Notes: a model not told the origin generated them from the sequence alone. 64,000 bases of DNA from an uncultured Planctomycetota bacterium (GCA_963841915.1 CAWJEN010000006.1:352001-416000), one strand, 5' to 3'; numbered from the stretch's first letter, positions 28,481 to 43,052 are shown. Translations and numbers: made by a program.

Positions 28481-28504
28481 TGGCAGTGTGGAGGCACACT
28501 GCCA
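28481..28504. promoter_or_regulatory. Palindromic site TGGCAGTGTG-GAGG-CACACTGCCA (copy 3)
   Basis: Perfect 10-bp arms; the same core occurs at 28289 (one mismatch) and 26317. Confidence 0.7.
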
Positions 28505-28682
28505 CGCCGGACTAGCGGCGCTACGGCATGCTGGGGCAGCGGTTTGGCGGTCTGCCGGATGTGCTCGATGCCGACGCAACGGCCTAGCGGCAGATCGTCA
28601 TGCCGTTAGTGCTCTGCAGCGGTCAAGCCGTGAGCACCTGCCTCAGAATCACTAATCCTCTTTGAAAAACGGCAAATCTAAC

Positions 28683-28910
28683 TCACTCGCCTTCGCGTTC
28701 GAGCCGCCGTTGGCGGGCACGGTTGCTGAGCAAGACTACGGCGACAGCAACGCCGCCGCCCAAGGCGGCGCCGGGCAGGACGAGAATGCGCATGTATCGC
28801 TTTCGCGATTCGGCCGTCTCCTGGGCACTCATTTGGGTTGTCGGCGGGGCGAACGTGCTCGGCTGGGTCGTGCCGACGGCAAGCGTTGCGGCAAGGAGCA
28901 GGGCGGACAT
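28683..28910 (-). CDS. Small hypothetical membrane protein
   Basis: 75 aa with signal-like N-terminus and a C-terminal TM helix followed by basic residues. Confidence 0.5.
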   Translation of the reverse strand: MSALLLAATLAVGTTQPSTFAPPTTQMSAQETAESRKRYMRILVLPGAALGGGVAVAVVLLSNRARQRRLEREGE

Positions 28911-28944
28911 AAGATGACTCTACCGCTGTAGAGGCAGGGCGTTG

Positions 28945-29781
28945 TCAGTTCTGCGACGGCCCGTAGGCCGACTGGACGAGCTCGCGGATGATCGCAGCAA
29001 CGGCTGACGGGTCCTCGATCGGGCTCATGTGCCCGACACCTTCGAGAATGGACAGGGTGCCGAGCTTGGGTTGATCGGCGACCGCTTGGGCCTCGGCAAG
29101 CTGAACGATCTGATCCTCTTGACCGGCCACGACGGCTACGGGAATCCGCAGTCCCTTGAGCACGCCGGAATAATCCTTGCGATCTCCCATGGCCCTGGAC
29201 GCGCGGCCGATGGTCGGTGCGGGCGTGTCGAGCATCAGGCGCAGGAGGCTCTCGCTGCAACCGGGCGCGTTGCGGTAGGTGTCGTGGGCGAGCATCTTGG
29301 GGTGCATGCCGTCGACGACGGCCGCGGTGCCGCGGGCGTTGGCGAGGTTGGCCGTGGCGACCCGCGCCGCCTTGGCCGCTTCACCGTCGGCGGCCGACCG
29401 CGTGTTGACAAGGCCTAGCCCTAGCAGGTCGTCCGCCCACTGGTCGGCGAACGACTGGGCGACGTACCCGCCCATGGACAGCCCGACCATCACGCAAGGT
29501 AGGGCGTCGAGCTCGATCAGCAACGCCCGAACGTCGCCCGCCAGCTCCTCGATCGTAAAATCCTCGTCGGCGACGAAAGGGCCGAAGCCGCGCAGGTTCG
29601 GGCAAATAACGCGGTAGTCGGCCGCCAGGAGCTGGGCCACATCGTGCCAGATGCGCGCGTTGAGGGGGAAGCCGTGCAACAGGACGACCGTCTTGACCAC
29701 ACTGCCATCGGGATCGGCGGGCGACACGGGACCGTCGACGTGATACGTGGTGGTTCTGCCTTGAAGTACGAGCTTTTTCAT
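28945..29781 (-). CDS. Alpha/beta fold hydrolase
   Basis: VLLHGFPL, PNLRGFG, GLSMGG nucleophile elbow, GQEDQI, GHMSPIE. Confidence 0.92.
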   Translation of the reverse strand: MKKLVLQGRTTTYHVDGPVSPADPDGSVVKTVVLLHGFPLNARIWHDVAQLLAADYRVICPNLRGFGPFVADEDFTIEELAGDVRALLIELDALPCVMVGLSMGGYVAQSFADQWADDLLGLGLVNTRSAADGEAAKAARVATANLANARGTAAVVDGMHPKMLAHDTYRNAPGCSESLLRLMLDTPAPTIGRASRAMGDRKDYSGVLKGLRIPVAVVAGQEDQIVQLAEAQAVADQPKLGTLSILEGVGHMSPIEDPSAVAAIIRELVQSAYGPSQN

Positions 29782-29991
29782 AGCAGTTGGGATCTCGGTT
29801 GCCCGCGGGTACAAGAAGTGCACATCAAAAGTGCGATGTCGACATCCCGGCCGGGCCAAACTCGGTCTGTGAACGGTATAGACCGCTTGTGTCGGGCGTG
29901 GCAACAGGCAAAGTTTCGAAGCGATCAAGGTGGGGGCAGCATCCTGGGCTCCAGAGCGTCGACCATCTGCTGCGTCCCGTACGCTTGCGGT

Positions 29992-31329
29992 ATGGCTGAC
30001 CACCGGTACGAAGGCAATGCGACACCCGGCGGTGACGGGTCGGCTCGGCTGGCATGGGGGCTGTTCGTGGCCATCCTGGCGGCGCTGGCGCTGCGCGGGG
30101 CCGGCGGGGCAGGGGCGGTGACGGCCGACGAGGCCGACTTCGTCCGGACGCTCTTCGAGGTCAAGGATCGCGTCGAGCGCGACTACGTCCGAGACGTCGA
30201 ACCCGACGCCCTGCGACTGGCAGCCATTCAGGGCATGCTGCAGCTGGCAACCGATCGCAACACCATCTTCATCCCACCGGCCGATCAGGCGGAGTTCGAG
30301 AACCGCTTGCAGGGCACGTTCGTCGGCATTGGTGTCCAAGTCGAGCCGCTGGATCAGGGTGTCGGCGTGCTGCGCTCATTTCGCGGCAGCCCTGCCAGAG
30401 AAGCCGGTCTGACATCGGGCGATGTCATCATCCAGGCCGACGAGCACGATCTGGCCGGTCTGACGCTCGAAGATGCGACGGATTACATCAAAGGACCGGC
30501 CGGTACGACGGTGGACCTGAAGATACGCCGGCCTGAGGTTGAAGAGGCGATCAAGATGACGGTTGCCCGCGCTGTCGTGCCCTCGCCCGTGGTCGATGGC
30601 TTCGGCTACAACGACGAGGACGAGCCGACATTTCTCGTGACGACGCAGGTGCCGGAGGTAGGCACGGGGGAGCTGCCGCGGATCGCATTCGTGCGGCTGA
30701 CGGAGTTTGTGCCCGACGCCGCAGCCAAGGTGCGTGCCGCGGCCCAGCAGGTGGCCGACGGTGGGGGAATCGACGGATTGATTCTGGACCTGCGTGGCAA
30801 CCCGGGCGGGCGGCTGACCGAGGCCGTCGCGTTGGCTGACCTGTTCTTGCCCGCCGGACGGCTCATCACGTGGCAGGGCGGCAAACGCGTCGTTGCACCG
30901 CCTTACCTGTCAAATGACGCCACCGACGAGTTGGGCGCACGGCTCGAGGACATTCCGCTGGTGGTTCTTGTCGACCTCGCCAGCGCCAGTGCGAGCGAGA
31001 TTGTCAGCGGCGCGCTCGGCGAAAACGATCGGGCCACGCTTGTCGGTACGCCAACTTTCGGCAAGGGCAGCGTCCAGGGCGTGTTCGGCATCGGCAACGG
31101 TGGGCAGCTCGGCAGCCTCAAACTCACCGAGGCCTACTACCACCTGCCCGACGGCCGCGTGCTTGAACGCACCGCCGACGGTCGTTCGTTCGGCGTTCAG
31201 CCCGACATTTTCGTGCCGTACGCAGACGGCGACGCCCGGCAGCTCGGCGAGGACGGGCCGCCTTATCCCAAGCAAATGTGGCGGGCGTACGAGGTGCTGC
31301 TCGCCGAGTTGGCGTTGCGGAGCGAGTGA
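29992..31329 (+). CDS. S41 family C-terminal processing peptidase (CtpA-like, PDZ)
   Basis: FVGIGV PDZ, LDLRGNPGG, SASASEI, TFGKGSVQ. Confidence 0.92.
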   Translation: MADHRYEGNATPGGDGSARLAWGLFVAILAALALRGAGGAGAVTADEADFVRTLFEVKDRVERDYVRDVEPDALRLAAIQGMLQLATDRNTIFIPPADQAEFENRLQGTFVGIGVQVEPLDQGVGVLRSFRGSPAREAGLTSGDVIIQADEHDLAGLTLEDATDYIKGPAGTTVDLKIRRPEVEEAIKMTVARAVVPSPVVDGFGYNDEDEPTFLVTTQVPEVGTGELPRIAFVRLTEFVPDAAAKVRAAAQQVADGGGIDGLILDLRGNPGGRLTEAVALADLFLPAGRLITWQGGKRVVAPPYLSNDATDELGARLEDIPLVVLVDLASASASEIVSGALGENDRATLVGTPTFGKGSVQGVFGIGNGGQLGSLKLTEAYYHLPDGRVLERTADGRSFGVQPDIFVPYADGDARQLGEDGPPYPKQMWRAYEVLLAELALRSE

Positions 31330-31351
31330 CGTGGCTCACTTCTGACGTGGC

Positions 31352-32371
31352 TCACTTCTCGAAGATCGACGCCAAAGCCGCCGCATCGGGCACGTCGTCG
31401 GCCCGCGGTGAGGCGTAGAAGCGGCAGCGGGCGAGGTACAAGAGCTCTTCGTAGATGAGCCGGTGCCGGCTGACCATGTCGGCCAGCAGGGCCATCGCCA
31501 TCAGCAGCACGCCGATCATTGTGCCGACGAGCCCAAGGGTCAGGAACTGTGTGAACGGCGTGATGGTGCCCGTCCACAACGCCCAGGCGGCGGCGAAACC
31601 CAGCGTCAGCAGGCCCGGTAACAGCGCAATCGACGCCAGGACGCCGAAGAACTTCATCGGCCGACCGTCGCGGACCGCGCGGAGCAAGATGTGCGACAGG
31701 TGGCTGGCAAAGTAGACGACGTTGCTGGCCACGCGGCTCTTGCCGTGCTCGCGTTCGCCTTGCACGACGAAGGGCATTTCCTTGATCCGCAGGCCGCGGT
31801 TGACGAGGTAGACGATGCACTCTTCGGTGTACGTCCAGCGGCCGAACTGCAGCAGGCGGTAGGCCGACTCGCGGTTGTACGCCCGGAATCCGCAGGAGAC
31901 GTCGGTGAAGTTCGTGCCGCAGACGAAGTTGGCCAAGGCCGTGACGAGCTTGTTGCCGAGCCGCTTGACGAGCGGCATCTTGCCCGCCGGTCCGCCACCG
32001 GCGAAGCGGCTGCAGTGGACGAAGTCGCACTCCCCGGCGAGCAACGGCTGGACGATGACGGCAACGTCGCGCGAGTCGAATTGGCCGTCCCCGTCGAGGT
32101 TGACGATGAGATCTGCGCCGCGGCGGATCGCACGCTCCATGCCGTACCGCCACACCGGCCCGAGGCCCGGCCGGCCGACCATCGTGACGACGATCGCGCC
32201 CGCTGCACGTGCTTCGTCGGCGGTGCCGTCGGTGGAGGCGTCGTCGACGACAATGACTTCAATTTCATCGACGCCTTCGATGTGGTCGGGAATCTCGCGG
32301 ACGACGTGACCGATGGTCGGCGCTTCGTTTTGTGCGGGAATGGTGACGGCGAGCTTCACGAGTGGCGACAC
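31352..32371 (-). CDS. Glycosyltransferase family 2 (polyprenol-phosphate glycosyltransferase-like)
   Basis: IPAQNE, VVDDASTDGT, NLDGDGQF, DVSCGFRAY, two C-terminal TM helices. Confidence 0.92.
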   Translation of the reverse strand: MSPLVKLAVTIPAQNEAPTIGHVVREIPDHIEGVDEIEVIVVDDASTDGTADEARAAGAIVVTMVGRPGLGPVWRYGMERAIRRGADLIVNLDGDGQFDSRDVAVIVQPLLAGECDFVHCSRFAGGGPAGKMPLVKRLGNKLVTALANFVCGTNFTDVSCGFRAYNRESAYRLLQFGRWTYTEECIVYLVNRGLRIKEMPFVVQGEREHGKSRVASNVVYFASHLSHILLRAVRDGRPMKFFGVLASIALLPGLLTLGFAAAWALWTGTITPFTQFLTLGLVGTMIGVLLMAMALLADMVSRHRLIYEELLYLARCRFYASPRADDVPDAAALASIFEK

Positions 32372-32382
32372 TATAACCAATC

Positions 32383-33435
32383 GTGCCGACGATGGGACCG
32401 ATCACGCTCGCGACGCCGTTGATGCAGGCGGGGTTGGCCGGTTACAGCGACCGGGCGATGCGTCTGGTCGCCAGGCGTCGCGGATGCCCGTACGCGGTGA
32501 CGGAGGCGATTCTCGACCGGATTCTGCTGGCCGGTGGCAAGGGGCTGACGAACTCGATCGACATCAGCGACGAGGACCACCCGACAGCCGGTCAGATCAT
32601 GGGCAGCGATGCGACGGAGATGGCCGACGCGGCGGCCATCATGGCCCGGCACGGGTACGACGTCATTGACCTGAATTTCGCCTGCCCGGTCAAGAAGGTG
32701 AAGAACAAAGCGCGGGGCGGTTGGATGCTGCTCGACATCGACCGCGGCGAGGCGGTCCTGCGGGCGGTGCGCGATCGGCTGCCGAATCAGCTGCTGAGCG
32801 TGTCGCTACGGCGCGGCTTCGACGAGACGGCACAGAGTGAAGAGCGGTTTTGGCGGCTGAGCGAGGTTGCCTACGAACTTGAATTCGTGGCGGTGCGGGT
32901 GCACGGCCGCACGGTCGAACAGAAGTACGCCGGCCGCAGCAAACGGCCTTTCCTGGCGGACGTGAAGCGCCGTTATCCGTCGTGGTTCGTCTGGGGCAGC
33001 GGCGACGTCTTCGAGCCCGAAGACGCTCGCGACATGCTGCGCGACACCGGCGTCGACGGCGTGTGGGTGGCTCGCGGCGCCATTGGCAATCCTTGGTTCT
33101 TCCGCGACGCGACACGGCTTTTGGCAGGTGCTGAGCATGTTCCGCCGCCGACGATCGCAGAGCAGCGCGAGGCCTTGCTCGAGCATTTTGAGGAAGCGTT
33201 GAAGATCCACGGCGAAACGCTCGCCGGTCGGAGGATGCGAAAGATCGGCATCAAGTATGCCCGCTTTCACCCCGACGCTTCGGCCGTCAAGAAGCGGTTC
33301 ATCGCCACGCGGTCGCTGGGCGACTGGCAGGCGGTGACGAACGACCTGTACGGCCACGACGGCCCGGGTGTACGGCCGGAGCGAGAGGTCGTCGATGAAG
33401 TCAACGTGACCTGCGAACCGGTGGGGGCGGCGTGA
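32383..33435 (+). CDS. tRNA-dihydrouridine synthase (DusB-like)
   Basis: LAGYSD.AMR, IDLNFACPVKKV, VHGRT, GSGDV, ARGAIGNPWFF. Confidence 0.92.
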   Translation: MPTMGPITLATPLMQAGLAGYSDRAMRLVARRRGCPYAVTEAILDRILLAGGKGLTNSIDISDEDHPTAGQIMGSDATEMADAAAIMARHGYDVIDLNFACPVKKVKNKARGGWMLLDIDRGEAVLRAVRDRLPNQLLSVSLRRGFDETAQSEERFWRLSEVAYELEFVAVRVHGRTVEQKYAGRSKRPFLADVKRRYPSWFVWGSGDVFEPEDARDMLRDTGVDGVWVARGAIGNPWFFRDATRLLAGAEHVPPPTIAEQREALLEHFEEALKIHGETLAGRRMRKIGIKYARFHPDASAVKKRFIATRSLGDWQAVTNDLYGHDGPGVRPEREVVDEVNVTCEPVGAA

Positions 33436-33710
33436 ACGACGACGACCAGATGTCGCCGAGGACGGCCGGCTGGATCGCCTTGGGTGTCGTCGTTCTGGCC
33501 TCGTTGGCGACGGTGCTCGCGTGGCAGGGCGGCGACGCCAAAGCGCTCAAGAAGGGCTTGCTGGTCGCGGTGCCGTTGACGCTGGTGGCAGCCGTTCCAG
33601 GACTCGTCGGGCGGTCGTCGTGGCCGGGGCGCATTGCGCTGGCGGTCGTGGCAACATTGCTCGCGTTGGCCGCAATATTGTTCACGACCGTCGCCGTCGC
33701 AGCCAATTGA
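33432..33710 (+). CDS. Small hypothetical membrane protein
   Basis: Three hydrophobic helices; GTGA overlap with the dus stop. Confidence 0.6.
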   Translation: MNDDDQMSPRTAGWIALGVVVLASLATVLAWQGGDAKALKKGLLVAVPLTLVAAVPGLVGRSSWPGRIALAVVATLLALAAILFTTVAVAAN

Positions 33711-33749
33711 CGCGGCCGCGACAGCTCTACATGTGCTCGCCCGCCAACC

Positions 33750-35099
33750 ATGACGTTACCCGATCCCGGCATCTACGTATGCGAAGCCTTCGGCCGCGAG
33801 TGGCAAGTCACGCACGCCGCCCACGGGCACATCCTTACGAACGTCAACTGCTTCTCACCCGACGGCCGGTGGATCGTCTACGACGTGCGGTCAGAGCCAG
33901 ACGGAGCCATCTTCGACGGCAAGCGGATCGAGGCAGTCGAACCCGAAACCGGTCGGGTCAAGGTGCTCTACGAAGCGCCAGGCAATGCGTGTGTAGGCGT
34001 CGCGTCGTACAGCCCGTTGGACGACCGCGTCGTCTTCATCCACGGACCCGAGCCGTCTGACGATTGGCCTTACGCCGCCTGGCATCGACGCGGCGTCATC
34101 GTCGACAGCGAGGGCCATGCGGTGACGCTCGATGCACGAGACGTATGCGACCCCTTCACCGCCGGTGCCTTGCGGGGCGGGTCGCACTTGCACGTGTTCG
34201 ACCCGCAGGGGCAGTGGGTCAGCTTCACGTATGAGGACGCCTACCTGGCGGAGATGGCACAGCAGCCGCATGAGGTGAATCAGCGCAACGTCGGTGTGAG
34301 CGTGCCGGGCCGAGCGGTCTGCGTCCCGGCATCGCACGCTCGAAACCACGACGGCACCGCCTTCACCGTCCTTGTGACCCGAACGGAAGACGCGCCCGCC
34401 CCCGGCAGCGACGCCATCAGCAAAGCCTTCGAAGAGAGCTGGATCGGCACAAGCGGCTACCTCTGCCCCGACGGCACTCGACAGCGGCGGGCGATCGCAT
34501 TTCAAGGCCACGTCGTCACTGAAGCGGGCGACTCGATCAGCGAGGTCTTCATCGTCGATCTGCCCGGCGACCTCACGAAGGCTGCGGCAGGGCAGCCGCT
34601 GGCGGGAAACGCTCAAACGCGACCGCATCCACCGGCGGGCGCAATCCAGCGTCGACTGACCTACACGGCCGACCGAAAGTATCCGGGCCTGCAAGGGCCG
34701 CGGCATTGGGTGCGTTCGTCGCCGGACGGGTCGCAGATCGCGTTCCTCATGCGTGACGACGTCGGCACGGTGCAGCTTTGGACGGTCAGCCCCAACGGCG
34801 GTGAGCCGAGACAGCTCACCCGGCTGCCGTTCGACGTGGCCAGCACGTTCACCTGGCGCTGCGACGGACAATGCCTCACCTTTGCGGCCGACAGCAGCAT
34901 CATGGTGGTGGACGCGACATCTGGCAAAGCCACGCGGGTGACGCCGCGGACAGACGACGCCATGCGGCCGCTGCCGCTGGCGGTGGTCTTTTCACCCGAC
35001 GGCCAACGCATTGCCTACCAGCGACACGTGTTGCACGCAGAGGGCGGGGCGTTCAACCAGGTCTTTGTTGTCGAGCTGCCGGACCACATCGAAGGTTGA
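33750..35099 (+). CDS. DUF3748/YidR-like beta-propeller protein
   Basis: HGHILTNVNCFSPDGRWIVYDVR, HGPE, GALRGGSHLHVF, PRHWVRSSPDGS. Confidence 0.85.
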   Translation: MTLPDPGIYVCEAFGREWQVTHAAHGHILTNVNCFSPDGRWIVYDVRSEPDGAIFDGKRIEAVEPETGRVKVLYEAPGNACVGVASYSPLDDRVVFIHGPEPSDDWPYAAWHRRGVIVDSEGHAVTLDARDVCDPFTAGALRGGSHLHVFDPQGQWVSFTYEDAYLAEMAQQPHEVNQRNVGVSVPGRAVCVPASHARNHDGTAFTVLVTRTEDAPAPGSDAISKAFEESWIGTSGYLCPDGTRQRRAIAFQGHVVTEAGDSISEVFIVDLPGDLTKAAAGQPLAGNAQTRPHPPAGAIQRRLTYTADRKYPGLQGPRHWVRSSPDGSQIAFLMRDDVGTVQLWTVSPNGGEPRQLTRLPFDVASTFTWRCDGQCLTFAADSSIMVVDATSGKATRVTPRTDDAMRPLPLAVVFSPDGQRIAYQRHVLHAEGGAFNQVFVVELPDHIEG

Positions 35100-35159
35100 C
35101 CCGTTCTCGACGGCGGCGGAGCCGTCCGGCAGCGAGTCGTCGCTTGGTGGACCCAATGA

Positions 35160-38598
<3,439 letters not shown>

Positions 38599-38602
<4 letters not shown>

Positions 38603-38973
38603 GAGCTCTTGGTGTCGGCAGCGGCGGGCTTGGCAGGCTCGGCCTTGGCGGGCGCGGGCTCGCTTTTGGTCTCGGCCGGTTTGGGCGAATCGGCCTTCAT
38701 GTCAGGCTTCTTGTCATCGCCGGACTTGGCCTTGTCGCCGTCGCTCTTGGTGTCGCCCGAGTCCTTCTTGGCGTCCTTGGCGTAGGTGTCGGAGCGATAG
38801 TCGGTCTCGTAGAAACCACCGCCTTTGAAGATGATGCCCGCACCCGTGCCGATGAGGCGGCGGGCCGTTTCCTGCTCGCAAGCGGGGCAGATTTTCATCG
38901 GCTCGGCCGACATGCTCTGAAACTTCTCCCAGGCGTGGCCGCATTGTTCGCAGCGGTAGTCGTAAGTCGGCAT
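38599..38973 (-). CDS. FmdB family zinc-ribbon regulatory protein
   Basis: MPTYDYRCEQCG...CPAC...IIFKGGGFYETDY with low-complexity tail. Confidence 0.92.
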
Positions 38974-38986
38974 AGGGATCGGCAGC

Positions 38987-40750
38987 TTACGCAGGTGCGA
39001 CGTCGCCATCCGCCGTCGGAGCCGGCTCGGCATCAGGCTCGGCCAGCGGGTCTTCAGGCACGTCGGCGTAGCCGGCATATTCCTCGTCGGCCGGGTCGAT
39101 GTAGACCTCGTCAGGTTCAGTCGCGTCGACCTCGCGACGCATCAGGAAGTAGACGATCGTGCTCAGCGAGATGTAAAGCGACATCGCGAACGACGCCAGC
39201 AACGTCACGACGAAGTAGACGGTGAACGCGACAAGAATGGCAGTAATCGACTGCGACCACGTGAGGTTCACGAACGGAATGTCGTAGCTGAAGCGGTCCG
39301 GCGACTCGCCACCGCTCGGCCAGACGGAGTCGAGCAGGTCACCACCGGGGGTGTCGCGGAGGAGCCAGAGGCCGACCGCCGTGCGTGCCATAGCCAGGAC
39401 GAGCCAGGCGAACAGCCGCACGAACAGGAAGGCCAGCGCGCCGTAGATGATCGCGACAATCGCATAAAAAGCGAGTCGCCACGGCCGGGCGAAGAGGTAG
39501 CTGAAGCTGCGGGAGATGGCGTCGAAGCTGTCGGTGCCTTCGACGGCGATGGTGGGGTACATCAGGCTGATGCCACCGACGAGGCCGATGAAGGTCAGAG
39601 CCATGACAATGCCCGCCAAGGCTGCCAGCGGGAAGAGCAGGCCGATCGCAATGTCTGCCAGCCAGCCGACGCCCGGAATGAGGCCGATGAGCGACAGCAG
39701 CAGGGCGACGAGCGCGACCGTCAGGCCGATGACGGTCATGACGAGCACCGGGATGAGCGGCGCGCTGAGGAAGCTGACGAATTTGCCCGTGCTGAAGCGG
39801 AGGGCCGACCGCAGGCTGATCTTTTCGTCTCGGGCGACCTGCACCGCCGCCGACCGGGCGACGGCCCCGCCGAAGACGCTGAGGATGACGAGCGACCACA
39901 GGAACAGCAGCGAGAAGTAGAGCGTGTGCTGGGTAAAGCCCCACGTCGGGCCGGTCCAGACGAAGTTGACGACGCGGGCCATGAGCCCGCCTTCGCCGAG
40001 GAAGTTCAGGGCGAGCACGCTGTTGATCGCACCGCTGAATTGGGCGGCCTCGTACTCGTAAAACGCGACGCCGGGGCCGACGCCCTGCATCGCCTCGATC
40101 ACGTCCACCTCGCGGGCGGCATTGGCGTAGGCGACGCGGCGGGCCTCATCCCGCGTGCGCTCATGCTCGACGCGATCCGCGTTGGCGACGGCAATGGCTT
40201 GTTCAAATAGCTCATCCGCCCGCGTAACGGCGGCGTCGCGTCGATCGGCGACGCGATCCATCAAGGTTTCGATGGAGACGCCGTCGGCACGCGATAAGTC
40301 GCCCTCTGCCGCCAGTACACGCATGCGATCCAGTTGCTGCTTCGTCAGGTCAGCCCGTGCCTGCCTGAGCTCCTCAAAGTCGGCCGCGCCTTCAACGCCG
40401 TCGCGTTGCATCTGGTACGCCTCGACCTCGCCGCTGTAAACCTGGTAACGGCTAGGCATGAAGTTGTAGAGCCCGTCGAGCGCCCGCATGCCGCCATAGA
40501 TGAGGGCGACCGCCACAAGGCACAGCAGCAGCTTGCTGGGATGGATCGCGACGCGGAACCCCTTGAACAGGTGCGTGAACGGCAGGGCTTCGCCCCAATC
40601 GATGTGGCGAAGGCTCACCGGCACGTGGCTGGCAGGCCCGCTCTCGATGGCCGCTCCACCACCGGCGGCGCGGCGCTGTTCTTCTGGCGGAACCAGAAGG
40701 TCTTGTGCTTCGTGCTGCGCCTGTGATTCGGGTCCGTCGGTCTCCGGCAT
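38987..40750 (-). CDS. Hypothetical multi-pass membrane protein
   Basis: Many TM helices; MYPTIAVEGTDSFDAISRSFSY, YFLMRREVD. Confidence 0.8.
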   Translation of the reverse strand: MPETDGPESQAQHEAQDLLVPPEEQRRAAGGGAAIESGPASHVPVSLRHIDWGEALPFTHLFKGFRVAIHPSKLLLCLVAVALIYGGMRALDGLYNFMPSRYQVYSGEVEAYQMQRDGVEGAADFEELRQARADLTKQQLDRMRVLAAEGDLSRADGVSIETLMDRVADRRDAAVTRADELFEQAIAVANADRVEHERTRDEARRVAYANAAREVDVIEAMQGVGPGVAFYEYEAAQFSGAINSVLALNFLGEGGLMARVVNFVWTGPTWGFTQHTLYFSLLFLWSLVILSVFGGAVARSAAVQVARDEKISLRSALRFSTGKFVSFLSAPLIPVLVMTVIGLTVALVALLLSLIGLIPGVGWLADIAIGLLFPLAALAGIVMALTFIGLVGGISLMYPTIAVEGTDSFDAISRSFSYLFARPWRLAFYAIVAIIYGALAFLFVRLFAWLVLAMARTAVGLWLLRDTPGGDLLDSVWPSGGESPDRFSYDIPFVNLTWSQSITAILVAFTVYFVVTLLASFAMSLYISLSTIVYFLMRREVDATEPDEVYIDPADEEYAGYADVPEDPLAEPDAEPAPTADGDVAPA

Positions 40751-40796
40751 GCGGCGACGATAAGGCATCCGCCGCGTTGGTGCGATACGGTCATGC

Positions 40797-41099
40797 ATGG
40801 CCGACGCTGATTCCTTCGAGATCATCGACGACGAGGCCGATCAGACCGACGAAGACCGGCGTCTGCGCGAGGTCCGCGTCAAGCGCCAGTCGCTCCGCAA
40901 GAGCTACGACCGCCGCGGCAGAGACCTCCTGGCCGCCGCCGGCGTCACGCTCCTGCTTAGTGGCCTGTACGCGTTGGTGCTTGCCTTCCCGAAGTTTGGC
41001 CTCGGTAACACGGCGGGTGGCGTCGTCATGAGCCTCATCGGCCTGGCCTTCATCGGTGGCGGCACATTCATGCTCAACAACTGGCGACGCGGACGCTAA
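40797..41099 (+). CDS. Small hypothetical membrane protein
   Basis: Acidic N-terminus and two TM helices; precedes pgk. Confidence 0.65.
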   Translation: MADADSFEIIDDEADQTDEDRRLREVRVKRQSLRKSYDRRGRDLLAAAGVTLLLSGLYALVLAFPKFGLGNTAGGVVMSLIGLAFIGGGTFMLNNWRRGR

Positions 41100-41119
41100 C
41101 GCGTTTCTACACTGCGACC

Positions 41120-42385
<1,266 letters not shown>

Positions 42386-42468
42386 CAGTCAGCGACACTG
42401 GGTCGTGTCAGTCACAGGTGAAGGCGTAATCCTTCCCTTCAACCTGCGGCATCGGCTACAACAAGCCG

Positions 42469-42831
42469 ATGCCGCTTCATGTTGTTGTGCCGATCCTTCG
42501 CATCTTCGACGAAGCTGTCGCCCGCAGGCACTACGTCAATTACCTCGGCTTCGCCGTCGATTGGACCCACAGATTCGGAGACAACTTCCCGATCTACCTG
42601 CAGATTTCACGCGACGACGTCGTCATCCACCTCAGCGAGCACCACGGCGACGCCACGCCAGGTAGCCGAATCCGGATCCTTGTCTCCGATCTGACCGACC
42701 TGCACCGCGACCTGACAGGCAAAGACTACAAGTACGCCAAACCCGGTCTTAAAGACACCGAGTTCGGAGAGCAGCAGGTCGAGATTCACGATCCCTTCGG
42801 CAACTGCATCACGTTTTTCGAGAAGCGTTGA
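42469..42831 (+). CDS. Glyoxalase/VOC superfamily protein
   Basis: PILRIFDE, YLGFAVDW, HLSEHHGDATPG, DPFGN. Confidence 0.88.
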   Translation: MPLHVVVPILRIFDEAVARRHYVNYLGFAVDWTHRFGDNFPIYLQISRDDVVIHLSEHHGDATPGSRIRILVSDLTDLHRDLTGKDYKYAKPGLKDTEFGEQQVEIHDPFGNCITFFEKR

Positions 42832-43052
42832 TGAACTCAAACATCTTATTTTCAGGACACTGGGTATGGCAGCATGCGTCGCCTGCATGACCATCCGCCG
42901 GATGCGCCGTGTAGGCTGGTCAGCCGCCTGCGGGCGTGGCGAACATCATCGCGAGCGGATGTTCCGGTCGGACTGGCGAATCAACGTTCGGCCCGGCGTT
43001 TGCTGTGGTATACGAACTGTCGGTTTCCATTCACTCACCAAAGGAGCTTGTT

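Noticed and set aside
16954..28600. Intact prophage or integrative element
   Set aside because: No integrase, terminase, capsid, relaxase or att-like direct repeats are seen, and core genes (dnaA, udg, rfbB) lie within the interval.
27986..28609. ORFs encoding HGGTEARR / PPCLRASV repeats, and the 510-aa N-terminally extended ParA
   Set aside because: They are translations of the 8-bp DNA tandem repeat, which is stop-free in all frames. ParA homology begins at MKLDHT (27989).
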